Shown here in pieces: positions 23,110-37,018 of a stretch of 64,000 bases of DNA. The notes beneath the pieces were generated by a model. It worked only from the letters and a program-made list of their open reading frames with translations, was not told where the DNA came from and ran no database searches. Source of the DNA: Heptranchias perlo (Eukaryota); contig NC_090335.1 in assembly GCF_035084215.1 (NCBI RefSeq), positions 47,678,001 to 47,742,000 of the forward strand, given 5' to 3'. Within the stretch, counting starts at the first letter, position 1; each line of letters begins with the position of its first letter. The position numbers and the translations under genes are program-made.

Positions 23110-24980
23110 TTAACTTGGAAAAGTATGGGTTAATAAATGAAAGTTAGCACAGATTTGTTAAAGGAAAATCGTGTTTGACTAACTTGATTGAGTTCTTTGA
23201 TGAAGTAACGAAGAGAGTTGATGAGGATAGTGCGGTTGATGTTGTGTATATGGACTTTCAAAAGGCATTTGATAAAGTATCAAATAATAGACTTGTTAGC
23301 AAAAATAAAGCTCATGGGATTAAAGGGACAGTGGCAGTGTGGATACAAAATTGGCTAAGGGACAGAAAGCAGAGAGTAGTGGTGAACGGTTGTTTTTCAG
23401 GCTGGAGCGAAGTATACAGTGATGTTCTCCAGGGTCAACATTAGGACCACTGCTCTTTTTGATATATATTAATGACATGAACTTGGGTAAAGAGGGAATA
23501 ATTTCAAAGTTTGCAGATGACATGAAACACAGAAATGTAGTTAACAATGTGGAGGATAGTAACAGACTTCAGGAAGACATAGACAGACTGGTGAAATGGA
23601 CAGACACGTGGCAGATAAAAAATTTTTTTATTCGTTCATGGGATGTGGGCGTCGCTGGCAAGGCCAGCATTTATTGCCCATCTCTAATTGCCCTTGAGAA
23701 GGTGGTGGTGAGCCGCCTTCTTGAACCGCTGCAGTCCGTGTGGTGAAAGTTCTCCCACAGTGCTGTTAGGAAGGGAGTTCCAGGATTTTGACCCAACAAC
23801 AATGAAGGAACGGCGATATATTTCCAAGTCGGAATGGTGTGTGACTTGGAGGGGAACGTGCAGGTGGTGTTGTTCCCATGTGCCTGCTGCTCTTGTCCTT
23901 CTAGCTGGTAGAGGTCGCGGATTTGGGAGGGACTGTCAAAGAAGCCTTGGCGAGTTGCTGCAGTGTATCCTGTGGATGGTACACACTGCAGCCACAGTGC
24001 GCCAGTGGTGAAGGGAGTGAATGTTTAGGGTGGTGGATGGGGTACCAATCAAGCTGGCTGCTTTGTCCTGGATGGTATCGAGCTTCTTGAGTGTTGTTGG
24101 AGCTGCACTCATCCAGGCAAGTGGAGAGTATTCCGTCACACTCCTGACTTGTGCCTTGTAGATGGTGGAAAGGCTAACACAGAGAAGTGTGAAGTGATAC
24201 ATTTTGGTAGGAAAAATGAGGAGACGCAATATAAACTAAATGATACAATTTTAAAGGGAGTACAGGAACAAAGAGAACTGGGGTGTATGTACACAAATCT
24301 CTGAAGGTGGCAGGACAAGTTGAGAAGGCTGTTAAAAAAGCATATGCGATCCTGGGCTTTATTAATAGAGGTATAGAGTACAAAAGCAAGGAAGTTATGC
24401 TAAACCTTTATAAAACACTGGTTAGGCTGCAGCTGCAGTATTGTGTTCAATTCTGGGGACCACACTTTAGGAATGATGTCAAAGCCTTAGAGAGGGAGCA
24501 GGAGAGATTTACTAGAATGTTACCAGGGATGAGGGACTTCAGTTATGTGAAGAGACAGGAGAAGCTGGGGTTATTCTCCTTAGAACAGAGAGGGTTAAGG
24601 GGAGATTTGATAGAGATGTTCAAAATCATGAATGGTTTTGATAGAGTAAATAAGGAGAAACTATTTCCAGTGGCAGAAGGGTCGGTAAACAGAGGACACA
24701 GATTTAAGGTGATCAGCAAAAGAGCCAGTGGTGACATGGGAAAACATTTTTTTACGCAGCGAATTGTAATGATCTGGAATGTGCTGCCTGAAAGGGTGGT
24801 GGAAGCAGATTCAATAGTAACTTTCAAAAGGGAATTAGATAAATACTTGAAGGGAAAAAATTACAGGGCTATCGGGAAAGAGCAGGGGAGTGGGAGTAAT
24901 TGGATAGCTCTTTCAAAGCGCCGGCACAGGCATGATGGGCCAAATGGCCTCCTCCTGTGCTGTACCTACAATGATACTAT
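23110..24980 (+). mobile_element. CR1 LINE (vertebrate type), 5'-truncated, interrupted at 23623-24175
   Basis: SCLTNLIEFF, VDVVYMDFQKAFDKV, SKFADD, then LGLFSLEQR.LRGDLIE and the CR1 3' tail. Confidence 0.9.
23623..24175 (-). mobile_element. LINE family A 3' fragment nested in CR1
   Basis: Reverse complement of about 29905-30438, starting with a T-run (the A-tail). Confidence 0.92.
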
Positions 24981-25669
24981 GAACTTGTTAGCTTTGTAAG
25001 GAGTTTAATCCTAAATTAATCTCACCAATCTATATCAGTCTTAGACACTGATTGATCATCAGCAATTCAGTTAATGCTGATTTACTGTGATACCGCTGAC
25101 CTGCCTTTATAATATTTATTATTCAAATTGCTAGGTGACCCCGTCTATGACTATTACATACTTAACGCTCATCAGAGGGACCTGACTGCAGTGTTAACTT
25201 GTGGTATGAGTGGAGAAGTTGCTGTGGCTTTCCCGCCAGAGGGAAGAGTATCCGGGGCCAGAAGAGTGCGCCTCCAGGCCCCACAAGGAAAACTTAGACC
25301 ACCCCTGCTGTCGACTCCCCCCCCGCCTTCTCAAACACAAGGTCCCAATGAGACAGTCCCTGAAGCTGAATCTGCCACTTACCATGGTGTTGGCGGGCGG
25401 CCCCTGTGCCGCATGGTTTTCCGCCACTTCCTGCCAACCTCCCGCCTGTTCCAGCAGGAAGTCTGCCAGCAGGATTTAAATGAGGCCTGGCTGTTAAAAT
25501 CAGTCTGGTCTTTACTCTACCGCTGGTTGACAGGAAATTAACTCACCAGCACTGTTTTCCACCAGCAATCCACTGACAGTTACAATCCAGGCCTTAATCT
25601 TTTTTTGATAGACACAGATTATTACAATATGATAAATATATGACATAATAAGTGAATACTTACGCACAA

Positions 25670-26170
25670 GCATGGGAGTTCTCCCAGTACCCCGTCCAAT
25701 ATTTATCCCTCAACCAACATCACTAAAATATTATCTGGTCATTTATCTCATTGCTGTTTATGGGACCATGCTGTTCACAAATTCTCTGCTGTGTTTCCCT
25801 ACATTACAACAGTGACTACATTTTTTTTAAGTACTTCATTGGCTGTGAAGCTCTTTGGGATGTCCTGACGTTGTGAATGGTGCTAAATAAATGCAAGTTC
25901 TTTCTTTACACATATGGATGCATTTCATTATAACTCAGTTAGTAGCATTCTCTCCTCTGAATGATGGATGTGGGTTCAAGCTCCAGATCTTTAACAAATA
26001 AACTAGGCTGACACTTCAGTACAGAAGTAAGGGAATGCTGCATCATTGGAGATGCTGTCCATTGTCTGAGATGTTAAACTGAGAATCTGTCGATCTATTG
26101 GTTTAGATGGACATTGAAGATCCCATGACGCTATTTAAAGAAAGTGGAGGGATTGTGTTAGTTGTCCATG
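25670..26170 (+). mobile_element. Two DeuSINE-like fragments (3' half 25670-25908; head and core 25930-26170)
   Basis: Reverse-complement homology to 18421-18850. tRNA-like head taactcagttagtag..gggttcaag in the second piece. Confidence 0.65.
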
Positions 26171-27529
26171 TCCTCTTCAAGGCTTTGTGCTGTAAATATC
26201 CTAGTGGATAATTTATGGCAGATGACAGAAATGCAACTAATGGAGGTTCCATTTTAATAGTCACCTCTTCTCATTATAACGTCAAATATTTTGCAGATTA
26301 AAAGCCACAATGTAAGATCAAGGGCATAAGTTTCCAAGACCCTGTGCTGGTGCACTGTCCATAGAAAACAATGGATGGAAAACTGTGGGCAGTGCACTTG
26401 TGATTTTTTTTGACAAGCCATCCACTGAGTGTGCAGGGTCTTGGAAAACTTTCCCCTCAATATCAACTATTATTTGTATCTTTGTAATAAAATCTCTAGG
26501 CATCGACAAGCAACAGGAGTGCAACTACAACTGACACAACTTCGTCACTCTTTGTTTTAACTTTAGTTGTTAAATGTACTCGTCAAGCAGTATGGGGACC
26601 TGAATCAATCAGTGACACTTTAAAATCAGATCAAATGCTGAGCCTCAGCTGTATTAAGACTGTTGTGACGATAATCTCATCCCAGCCTTGGATCAGCAGA
26701 ACAATTGAGAAAAAAGCTATAGTTGAAATCAAGTCCAAGCGTGCCCACCCAGGGAAGTCAATTTAAGTCTGATTGAAGCAAAATTGGATTTAACTCTATA
26801 AAGTTGACCATTTGCATTCAGTATTTATTGCCTCCATATCCAGGATGTCTCTGTGCGTATAATATTTATCTTGAGGGCTTGTTTCAAGAAGAGAAAGTTC
26901 AGATCTAAATGTAACCAAAAATATATCTGGCACTAAGGTACAATATTGTTTATGACTGTCTGAATGGTGTTATTAATGCCAGAAAGCTTTATTTACAATC
27001 TACTACTCAAATAAGGATATACTTTTCCGCCATTTTCTCCTTTATATGTTTTTATCAGTGCCTAGTCACTACGAACATTTCAGACTTCTCCGTGACTTCA
27101 ACCAATAAGAGGGGCATCTGACCGATGCAAATGAATGAAGTATAATTTCTTCCCCTACTGCCACTTCCTTTCCTAATCTTAACTGTCACGCCAGCCAATC
27201 TGCTCTTTCAGCAAGCAATTCCTGTTTCAGCAGCCTCCTCCGCACAATAGGGTAATGAGTTGTCTCATTCTGACCTGATCACAAACAATTCTTTCAGGTT
27301 TTGTAAACTCTGCATCTACAAGCAGGGTTGTCTAACCACAAACACAAGAAGCACAATTTTTAACATGCTGACAGGAAGAGTCCGGGGTTAGGGGGTAATT
27401 GACAGGCTGACTGCCGACAGGAGCTGTACATCCTTCAGGGGAAAGGGGGGAGAAAGAGAGAGAGAGAGAGAGATCATCGGCAGTCAGGATAGAGATGGAG
27501 GGGGCGGGGGGTACAAAGATTAAAGTGGA

Positions 27530-28200
27530 GACATTGGACATTGGGATCAGAGAGCAGACATTGGACATCGGGTTCAGAGGGCAGACATCGGACATCAGGA
27601 TCAGAGGGCAGACATCAGACATCGGGATCAGAGGGCAGACATCAGACACTGGATCAGAGGGCAGACATCGGACATCGGGATCAGAGGGCAGACATCAGAC
27701 ACGGGATCAGAGGGCAGATATCGGACATCAGGATCAGAGGGCAGACATCAGACACGGGATCAGAGGGCAGATATCGGACATCGGGATCAGAGGGCAGACA
27801 TTGAATATCGGGATCAGAGGGCAGACATCAGACACTGGATCAGAGGGCAGACATCGGACATCGGGATCAGAGGGCAGACATCAGACACGGAATCAGAGGG
27901 CAGATATCGGACATCAGGATCAGAGGCAGACATCAGACATCGGGATCAGAAAGCAGACATCAGACATCAGGATCAGAGAGCAGACATTGGATATCGGGAT
28001 CAGAGAGCAGACATTGGATATCGGGATCAGAGAGCAGACATTGGACATCGGGGTCAGAGGGCAGACATCGGATTTCGGGATCAGAGAGCAGACATCGGAC
28101 ATCGGGGTCAGAGGGCAGACATCAGATATCAGGATCAGAGAGCAGACATCGGACATCGGGGTCAGAGGGCAGACATCGAACACGGGATCAGAGGGCAGAC
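27530..28200. repeat. Minisatellite F, left part; 27 bp unit GGGATCAGAGGGCAGACATCGGACATC with shorter variants
   Basis: Direct tandem repeats up to the LINE junction at 28200. Confidence 0.95.
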
Positions 28201-30438
28201 CACCGCACAGTCCTCGTGGAGATGAAGTCCCGTCTTCGCACTGAGGACACCATCCAACGTGTTGTGTGGCACTACCACCGTGCTAAATGGGATAGATTCA
28301 GAATGGATCTAGCAGCTCAAAACTGGGCATCCATGAGGCGCTGTGGGCCATCAGCAGCAGCAGGATTGTATTCCAGCACAATCTGTAACCTCATGGCCCG
28401 GCATATCCCTCACTCTACCATTACCAACAAGCCAGGGGATCAACCCTGGTTCAATGAGGAGTGTAGAAGAGCATGCCAGGAGCAGCACCAGGCGTACCTA
28501 AAAATGAGGTGCCAACCTGGTGAAGCTACAACTCAGGACTACATGCATGCTAAACAGCGGAAGCAACATGCTATAGACAGAGCTAAGCGATTCCACAACC
28601 AACGGATCAGATCAAAGCTCTGCAGTCCTGCCACATCCAGTCGTGAACGGTGGTGGACAATTAAACAACTAACGGGAGGAGGAGGCTCTGCAAACATCCC
28701 CATTCTCAATGATGGCGGAGTCCAGCACGTGAGTGCAAAAGACAAGGCTGAAGCGTTTGCAACCATCTTCAGCCAGAAGTGCCGAGTGGATGATCCATCT
28801 CAGCCTCCTCCCGATAGCCCCACCATCACGGAAGCCAGTCTTCGGCCAATTCGATTCACTCCACGTGATATCAAGAAACGGCTGAGTGCACTGGATACAG
28901 CAAAGGCTATGGGCCCCGACAACATCCCAGCTATAGTGCTGAAGGCTTGTGCTCCAGAACTAGCTGCGCCTCTAGCCAAGCTGTTCCAGTACAGCTACAA
29001 CACTGGCATCTACCAGACAATGTGGAAAATTGCCCAGGTATGTCCTGTCCACAAAAAGCAGGACAAATCCAATCCAGCCAATTACCGCCCCATCAGTCTA
29101 CTCTCAATCATCAGCAAAGTGATGGAAGGTGTCGTCGACAGTGCTATCAAGCGGCACTTACTCACCAATAACCTGCTCACCGATGCTCAGTTTGGGATCC
29201 GCCAGGACCACTCGGCTCCAGACCTCATTACAGCCTTGGTTCAAACATGGACAAAAGAGCTGAATTCCAGAGGTGAGGTGAGAGTGACTGCCCTTGACAT
29301 CAAGGCAGCATTTGACCGAGTGTGGCACCAAGGAGCCCTAGTAAAATTGAAGTCAATGGGAATCAGGGGGAAAACTCTCCAGTGGCTGGAGTCATACCTA
29401 GCACAAAGGAAGATGGTAGTGGTTGTTGGAGGCCAATCATCTCAGCCCCAGGGCATTGCTGCAGGAGTTCCTCAGGGCAGTGTCCTAGGCCCAACCATCT
29501 TCAGCTGCTTCATCAATGACCTTCCCTCCATCATAAGGTCAGAAATGGGGATGTTCGCTGATGACTGCACAGTGTTCAGTTCCATTCGCAACCCCTCAGA
29601 TAATGAAGCCGTCTGTGCCCGCATGCAGCAAGACCTGGACAACATCCAGGCTTGGGCTCATAAGTGGCAAGTAACATTCGCGCCAGATAAGTGCCAGGCA
29701 ATGACCATCTCCAACAAGAGAGAGTCTAACCACCTCCCCTTCACACTCAACGGCATTACCATCACCGAATCCCCCACCATCAACATCCTGGGGGTCACCA
29801 TTGATCAGAAACTTAACTGGACCAGCCATATAAATACTGTGGCTACGAGAGCAGGTCAGAGGCTGGGTATTCTGCGGCGAGTGACTCACCTCCTGACTCC
29901 CCAAAGCCTTTCCACCATCTACAAGGCACAAGTCAGGAGTGTGATGGAATACTCTCCACTTGCCTGGATGAGTGCAGCTCCAACAACACTCAAGAAGCTC
30001 GACACCATCCAAGATAAAGCAGCCCGCTTGATTGGCACCCCATCCACCACCCTAAACATCCTGTGGCTGCAGTGTGCACCATCCACAGGATGCACTGCAG
30101 CAACTCGCCAAGGCTTCTTCAACAGCACCTCCCAAACCCGCGACCTCTACCACCTAGAAGGACAAGAGCAGCAGGCGCATGGGAACAACACCACCTGCAC
30201 GTTCCCCTCCAAGTCACACACCATCCCGACTTGGAAATATATCGCCGTTCCTTCATTGTCGCTGGGTCAAAATCCTGGAACTCCCTTCCTAACAGCACTG
30301 TGGGAGAACCATCACCACACGGACTGCAGTGGTTCAAGAAGGCGGCTCACCACCACCTTCTCGAGGGCAATTAGGGATGGGCAATAAATGCTGGCCTCGC
30401 CAGCGACCCCCACATCCCGTGAACGAATAAAAAAAAAA
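28201..30438 (+). mobile_element. LINE family A, young 5'-truncated copy with long RT ORF, inserted in minisatellite F
   Basis: ORF 28216-30387 with complete RT motifs (ALDIKAAFDRVWH, GVPQGSVLGP, MFADDC). A deletion of about 22 nt near 30058 shifts the frame. A-tail at 30429-30438. Confidence 0.95.
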
Positions 30439-32030
30439 GACATCGGACATCAGGATCAGAGAGCAGACATTGGATATCCGGATCAGAGAGCAGACATCGG
30501 ACATCGGGGTCAGAGGGCAGACATCGGACATCGGGGACAGAGGGCAGACATCGAACACGGGATCAGAGGGCAGACATCGGACATCGGGATCAGAGAGCAG
30601 ACATCAGACATCAGGATCAGAGAGCAGACATTGGATATCGGGATCAGAGAGCAGATATCGGACATCGGGGTCAGAGAGCAGACATCAGACATCGGGGTCA
30701 GAGGGCAGACATCGGACATCGGGGTCAGAGGGCAGACATCGAACACGGGATCAGAGAGCAGACATCAGACATCAGGATCAGAGAGCAGACATTGGATATC
30801 GGGATCAGAGAGCAGACATCGGACATCGGGGTCAGAGGGCAGACATCGGACATCGGGGACAGAGGGCAGACATCGGACACGGGATCAGAGAGCAGACATC
30901 GGACATCGGGGTCAGAGGGCAGACATCGGACATCGGGATCAGAGAGCAGACATCAGACATCGGGGTCAGACGGCAGACATCGAACACGGGATCAGAGAGC
31001 AGACATCGGGATCAGAGGGCAGACATCGAACACGGGATCAGAGAGCAGATATCGGACATCGGGATCAGAGAGCGGATATTGGACATCAGGATCAGAGAGC
31101 AGATATCGGACATCAGGATCAGAGGCAGACATCGAACATCGGGATCAGAGGCAGACATCGAACATTGGGATCAGAGGGCAGATATCGGACATCAGGATCA
31201 GAGGCAGACATCGAACATCAGGATCAGAGGCAGACATCGAACATCGGGATCAGAGAGCAGATATTGGACATCAGGATCAGAGAGCAGATATCGGACATCA
31301 GGATCAGAGGCAGACATCGAACATCGGGATCAGAGAGCAGATATTGGACATCAGGATCAGAGAGCAGATATCGGACATCAGGATCAGAGGCAGACATCGA
31401 ACATCGGGATCAGAGGCAGACATCGAACATTGGGATCAGAGGGCAGATATCGGACATCAGGATCAGAGAGCAGATATCGGACATCAGGATCAGAGAGCGG
31501 ATATTGGACATCAGGATCAGAGGCAGACATCGAACATCGAGATCAGAGAGCAGATATCGGACATTGGGATCAGAGAGCAGATATCGGACATCGGGATCAG
31601 AGGGCAGACATTGGACATCGGGATCAGAGGGCAGACATCGGACATCGGGATCAGTGAGCAGATATCGGACATCGGGATCAGAGGGCAGACATCGGACATC
31701 GGGATCAGAGGGCAGACATCGGACATCGGGGTCAGAGGGCAGACATCGGACATCGGGATCAGAGGGCAGATATCGGACATCAGGATCAGAGGGCAGACAT
31801 CGGACACGGGATCAGAGGGCAGACATTGGATATCGGGATCAGAGGGCAGACATCAGACACGGGATCAGAGTGCAGACATCGGACACGGGATCAGAGGGCA
31901 GATATCGGACATCGGGGTCAGAGGGCAGATATCGGACATCGGGGTCAGAGGGCAGATATCGGACATCGGGGTCAGAGGGCAGATATCGGACATCGGGGTC
32001 AGAGGGCAGACATCAGACATCGGGATCAGA
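30439..32030. repeat. Minisatellite F, right part
   Basis: The same unit resumes directly after the LINE A-tail. Confidence 0.95.
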
Positions 32031-32946
32031 GTGGGGGGGGGATCCAGGCAACATCGTTTTTAAGGTATGTTTATTTAATTTGTTCACAATGGGAAATATA
32101 ATTTTATTTAATTTATTTAGTTTATTTTTCACTGACCTGGCCCTTTCCGTTTGGTTTCACCAGGCGTGAATGGGAAGCTGTGGGAAAGTGCCCAGGTAAT
32201 GATAAAATCTTTTTAACTATCCAATACACAAAAAATAAACTACCTTAAGTACCTCAATGAGGTACATTTGCTCCTTTAATTATCAGCCTGCTGGATTTAA
32301 GTGGGGGTGGGACTTCCTGGTGACTGCTGTAGGCACACACACAGATTTGCCTGAGTCTCATTCAAAAATGTGCGGGTTCCAGCTGGGATGTCTGCCCACT
32401 CCCAAAAACAGTGATTTTGATTGTCCCCCCACCCCCAACCCACCCGTTTTCCCCTTTTAATATCATGCTCAAGGTGTCCTCCATCTCAGTCTGCACACCT
32501 GATGGTGGTTGAAGTTCCTCTGTGTGCTATTTTTTGCACATCAGTTAATGCATTCATGTCAAATTTCTGTATACACTATTTTAACAGTCATCGGCATGTT
32601 TTCAAATAAACAGGCTTAAAACTTTGTTAACATAGTACACAAATAGCAGTCCCCAGATGTAAGAATCCACTATTTATTCACTTTAGTTTAAGGTAGTGTT
32701 TGTTGGATTTGTTCATGATGCAAATGTTTGGTGACCAGCTGTTAAAATGACCATTGTTTGTAACTGAGTTCCATTAGCCATTTAAGGAGTACATCAGTGT
32801 TTCTGTACTACATTCCAAAATGAAAACTAGATTTTAATTTTTCTTGTTCTTCAGAATAAAATTCAGATTAGTTCTTTCAGAATTTCTTGTCATCACTTAG
32901 AGAAAAAAGGAACTGAAATACCTCATGTATTTATATCTTGATACAG

Positions 32947-33324
32947 ATCTGTGTACTGCTCAAAGACAAGTGAAATTACAAGAAGGGCCCCTAGTCCGAG
33001 CTGAGGGACGCCATATAACAATTCAATGTGATGTGAGTGGGTACCAGCAGTCTCCAGAGCAGAATTTCGAGTGGTCCATCTCTCGTCCGGACAAGCCTGA
33101 TCTGAAAATTCAGATTATCAGCACAAAAGATCCCAATTTCTCTTATGCCATATATGGGAAAAGAGTGATGAATAAAGAGATCTACATAGAGAGAATTAAA
33201 GGAGACTCTGTGCTGTTACACATTACAAACCTGCAGAAAAGCGATGAAGGGGTGTATGAGTGTTTCACCCCCAACACAGACAGTGTATACTGGGGATCCT
33301 ACAGTGCGGTGATGAACTTGACAG
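32947..33324 (+). CDS. CD101: CD101/IGSF3-like exon 2, Ig V-type domain 1
   Basis: Acceptor gatacag|, donor ACAG|GTGGGT, 378 nt, phase 1-1. QRQVKLQEGPLVRAEG..IQC..FEWS..IISTKD..DEGVYECFTPNTD..GSYSA matches the EWI family N-terminal domain. Confidence 0.95.
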
Positions 33325-33484
33325 GTGGGTTATTCAAACATTCTCATCTTTTATATTTCATTTTTCAAGGCTGTACTATACCTAACCATTATCAATTCTT
33401 AATTCTTATTGAAAGTACACAGAAAGACCATTGCACCATATTAAAAATGCAGCAAAAACTTGTCATCAATCCAATCCAAATTTT

Positions 33485-33720
33485 AATACACCATTCTGAA
33501 TATTAATGTACACAAAGAAATGCACAATTATAAACCCTTTTAAACACCTAGAGCAATACAACATTCTGAAACCTTATTGTACACAAGGCAATGCAGAAGT
33601 ATAATGCCCCATTAAACTCACAGCAATGCTCCATAATGAATCCCTATTAAACACACAGCACTGCTACATTACGAACCCCATGTCAAAATTTACCATTATG
33701 GAACTCTATTAAACATACAG
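33485..33720. repeat. Degenerate tandem repeat, about 36-40 bp
   Basis: Recurrent taaac(a/t)cacagca(a/c)tgc..catta.gaa.ccc units. Confidence 0.5.
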
Positions 33721-34269
33721 TTTTTTTTTAAATCCTATTAAATGTAAAGTAATGCATCATGTAAGATACCTGTACATGCAGTTTGCTTATTTACAGGGAA
33801 ATAGATTTTCTTTGTGATTTGCATGGAAGAGCGGATAGAACGGGAAACACATTCACTGACAATCAAATCAGATGAGTGATCTGCTCAAGTAACATAAGAA
33901 CAGTATTAACCTTCATTGTTTGTAATGTTCAAAATGCTTTTTGTTTGCAGCTCTCCTTGGCCTAGTGAGCAATGGCAATGCCGACTGTAGTACTGAGCCC
34001 TAGAGATCACACAGTTCAATTGGTCTCCAACTGGCAGGAGACTTGCAGAACCCCCCATCAGCACCACCCCCTGCCCACCCCCCCTCCCCCGCAGGGCAAT
34101 GGCGGAGTCGCTTGGTTTCCTTGGTGCCTAATGAGGGCTGGATCATCCATGAGATTGTCCATTTAATGCCAAATGATTTAGATCATTTCCAGTTATATTC
34201 TGCGGGTTTGAATTTGCCGGGAACTGGACTGACATTCTTCAAAGTGACTGCAGTAGGACCTTTAACAAA

Positions 34270-34470
34270 CCCCTAGTTGCCCTGAGAAGTTGGTGGTGGG
34301 CTGCCATCTTGAACCGCTGGGTAGCAGTTTTGAGTGGCTTGCCAGGCCACTTTAGAGGGCAGTTAAGAGTCAACCACATTGGTGTGGGACTGGAGTCACA
34401 TATAGGCCAGACTCGTTAAGAATGGCAGGTTTCCTTCCCAAAAGGACATTAGTGAGCCAGTTGGGTTGGC
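34270..34470 (-). mobile_element. Old LINE/SINE remnant
   Basis: ttgccctgagaag..ggtggtgggctgccatcttgaaccgctg resembles the family A 3' end reversed, followed by gggcagttaagagtcaaccacatt repeat sequence. Confidence 0.5.
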
Positions 34471-35091
34471 AGTTTGAGCAGACTATTCAAGCTTCAGATG
34501 CATTGCAGCCAAGCACAATCTAATTCTTAACCAATGTCCATACACATGCACTTTCCAGCAGGGATAACTAGATAGTTATCAGGAGCAGGATCCCTGTCTG
34601 ATTATTCCCATCCTAGCCAAGGGGTTCTGAGGACAACAATGGTGTTCATCAGTGTCCCAGATGTGACCTATAACCATCGTGGTGTGTACAGCGCAGTACC
34701 ATACAATACAGTACACTTATCCATTGAGCCCTCGGGGGCATGTAGGACGAAGCATACTTTAATACATTATGCTACGTAAAAACTGCTCTTCTTGGAAATC
34801 TCCCATCTCCTCTATCTAAGATTGATTTGAATGTAAGTCCAAATGATGAAACGCTAAGGGCCTGTAAATCACCATGCCAACTAATCCCCGTGAAGTATTA
34901 GATTTTTATTTGTTTTTCTATGTTGTTATTCAAAATGCCATACTGCGGAAGAGCTGAACATCTGATGATATGAATTGAGTTAAGGTAGCTTTAAGACAAG
35001 TAAGATTGTGGAAGTATTGCATTCTTGTCCACAACCTATGAATATCCAGTGTGGATCCTGCAAACCATGCTGAAAACATATGTTCTTACAG

Positions 35092-35499
35092 TTATTTCAG
35101 ACACACTCAGTGCAACATCAGTACCCCAGACCCTGAATAAAGTGGAAGGTGACTCCCTGGAACTGGTCTGTGAAGTATCCAAACAAACATCACAGCACAC
35201 ACACGTGGCTGTCACATGGTACCTACAGAAGGGAGATCAGAATCTCACGGTCATCTCTCTAACAAGGGATTTTGTCCTATATTCTGGAGAGGCGTACAAA
35301 CAGAGACAGGCATCAGGAGATGTACGACTGGACAAGATTGGAGCCACTTCATTCAAACTAACCATTTACAAACTGCAAACGTCAGACCAAGGGGAGTTTT
35401 ACTGTGAAGGCACAGAGTGGATCCAAGACTTAGACAAATCTTGGCAAGTCATGACTAATAAACGTACTGAAAAAACCACGGTGAATGTTAAAAGCATAG
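35092..35499 (+). CDS. CD101: CD101/IGSF3-like exon 3, Ig domain 2 with the EWI motif
   Basis: Acceptor ttcttacag|, donor ATAG|GTAAGG, 408 nt. VISDTLSAT..LELVCEV..HTHVAVTW..DQGEFYCEGTEWIQD contains the family-defining Glu-Trp-Ile. Confidence 0.95.
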
Positions 35500-37018
35500 G
35501 TAAGGCTCATAAGCATAGAAATGTATGTCCTTTAAACAGCCACAATTTCATAATCTGATTGTTACATCCATTATGGTCAGAACATTATGTGCAGCACATG
35601 CCTGAATTTCCGATATGCACTCTGGCAGGGTGGGGTGGTGTTGAGAAAGGCCATTTGGCTGGCAAATGCATGATCACTATCTGTTCTTACTGTACATATA
35701 CTAATGCAAGCTGGGAAGAAATGTAGCAGTACAGAGGATGCCCACCATTTTAGAATGGGGCTTTATGAAGCTGTTGGCTCTGTTTGGGAGGGAATGACAC
35801 AGTTGCCCAGATGAGCAGCACAATGCGAATGGCATGAGATAGGTACGACCAAAATGGAGCATTTTTGTCTCTGGTATATCATATAAATGTCCCAGCTTGT
35901 TTTGACACCCACAATCTAGACAAATACTCAGAATTTAAGCTGATCTTTCAATTCCTGTACCTGTTGAGTTTGGGTGGATCTGGGGTAGGTGTGGGGAAAT
36001 TCATGTGGTGAACTGTTCTACGGGCTCCCGGTGGTCTGCTGCTACTTCCAGGATTATCTGCCGGCAGATGTTGAAGATGTCCATCCAAATATGGGCGTGC
36101 ATATTCAAATGACATGTTAATGATGGGAAAACATCATATGGCACATGTCTTGTTAATAACACCATAATTAAGGCAGGATGGTAGGAACAACATTCCTTGT
36201 GTATAGTGTTGCTATGGAGAGGGGAGAGAGATTTAAAATTTAAATTCTCCCACGGGAGCGGGGCAAATGATTATATCCTCTGTCCAGCAAATTTAAAAAT
36301 GAAAACATATATATTTTGTCTTCAGCCATCCCAGAGGAGGCTGGCCCTATTTCACTGTTTTCCACCTTCCCTCAGACGCTGGATCCCTGTTGCAGATGGA
36401 AATCCACTGGGAGTCGGCCCAAATTATTTAACTGAGGCTCACCCCAGAAAATCAGGGATCAGCACGGGCCATTGGGACTGACGTTGTGGTGGGATTCCAC
36501 CCAACCAGAAAATACTGCCTATTAAGTCTGCATGGCAGTAAAAATGTTAAAAGTTTGGAACGGGAACGAATCCCGGCTCCAACCTGCCAGCTTCCGCGTT
36601 TCACCCAGACGTACCTAGCCACACACACGCTTCAGAAACCCAGCCCGCCAGCACTTACAGCCGGCCAGATGACATTTAAAGGGGCAATTAAGGTATTTGA
36701 AGCAGTTAAGGGAATTACATTATAGTGTATTGAGGCAGACAAATGACTTTAACTCTACCTGAACATGTCTCCCGTGGCCTCTGAAACATGCCATGGAAAC
36801 GGAGGCGAGTTGCAGCCAGCAGCCATTTGGATATTTAAACCATTCAACACATGTGAAGAAAAGGTGAGTTTTTGCAGCAGGGCAATCAGTTCTTTCAGAC
36901 AAACCTATGGCTGGGAGTTCTTTGTGTTTAGATTGAGATTTCTTTGTTCACATTCAGAATTATTGTGTTCACGCATATCTACCTACATTTTGGGCCCCCT
37001 CAAACTGACATCATCAGG

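Noticed and set aside
27530-32030. CRISPR-like regular repeats
   Set aside because: No unique spacers, no cas genes, eukaryotic intron context.
27495-32169. ORFs with GIRGQTSD / SEGRHRTS repeats
   Set aside because: Translations of minisatellite F.
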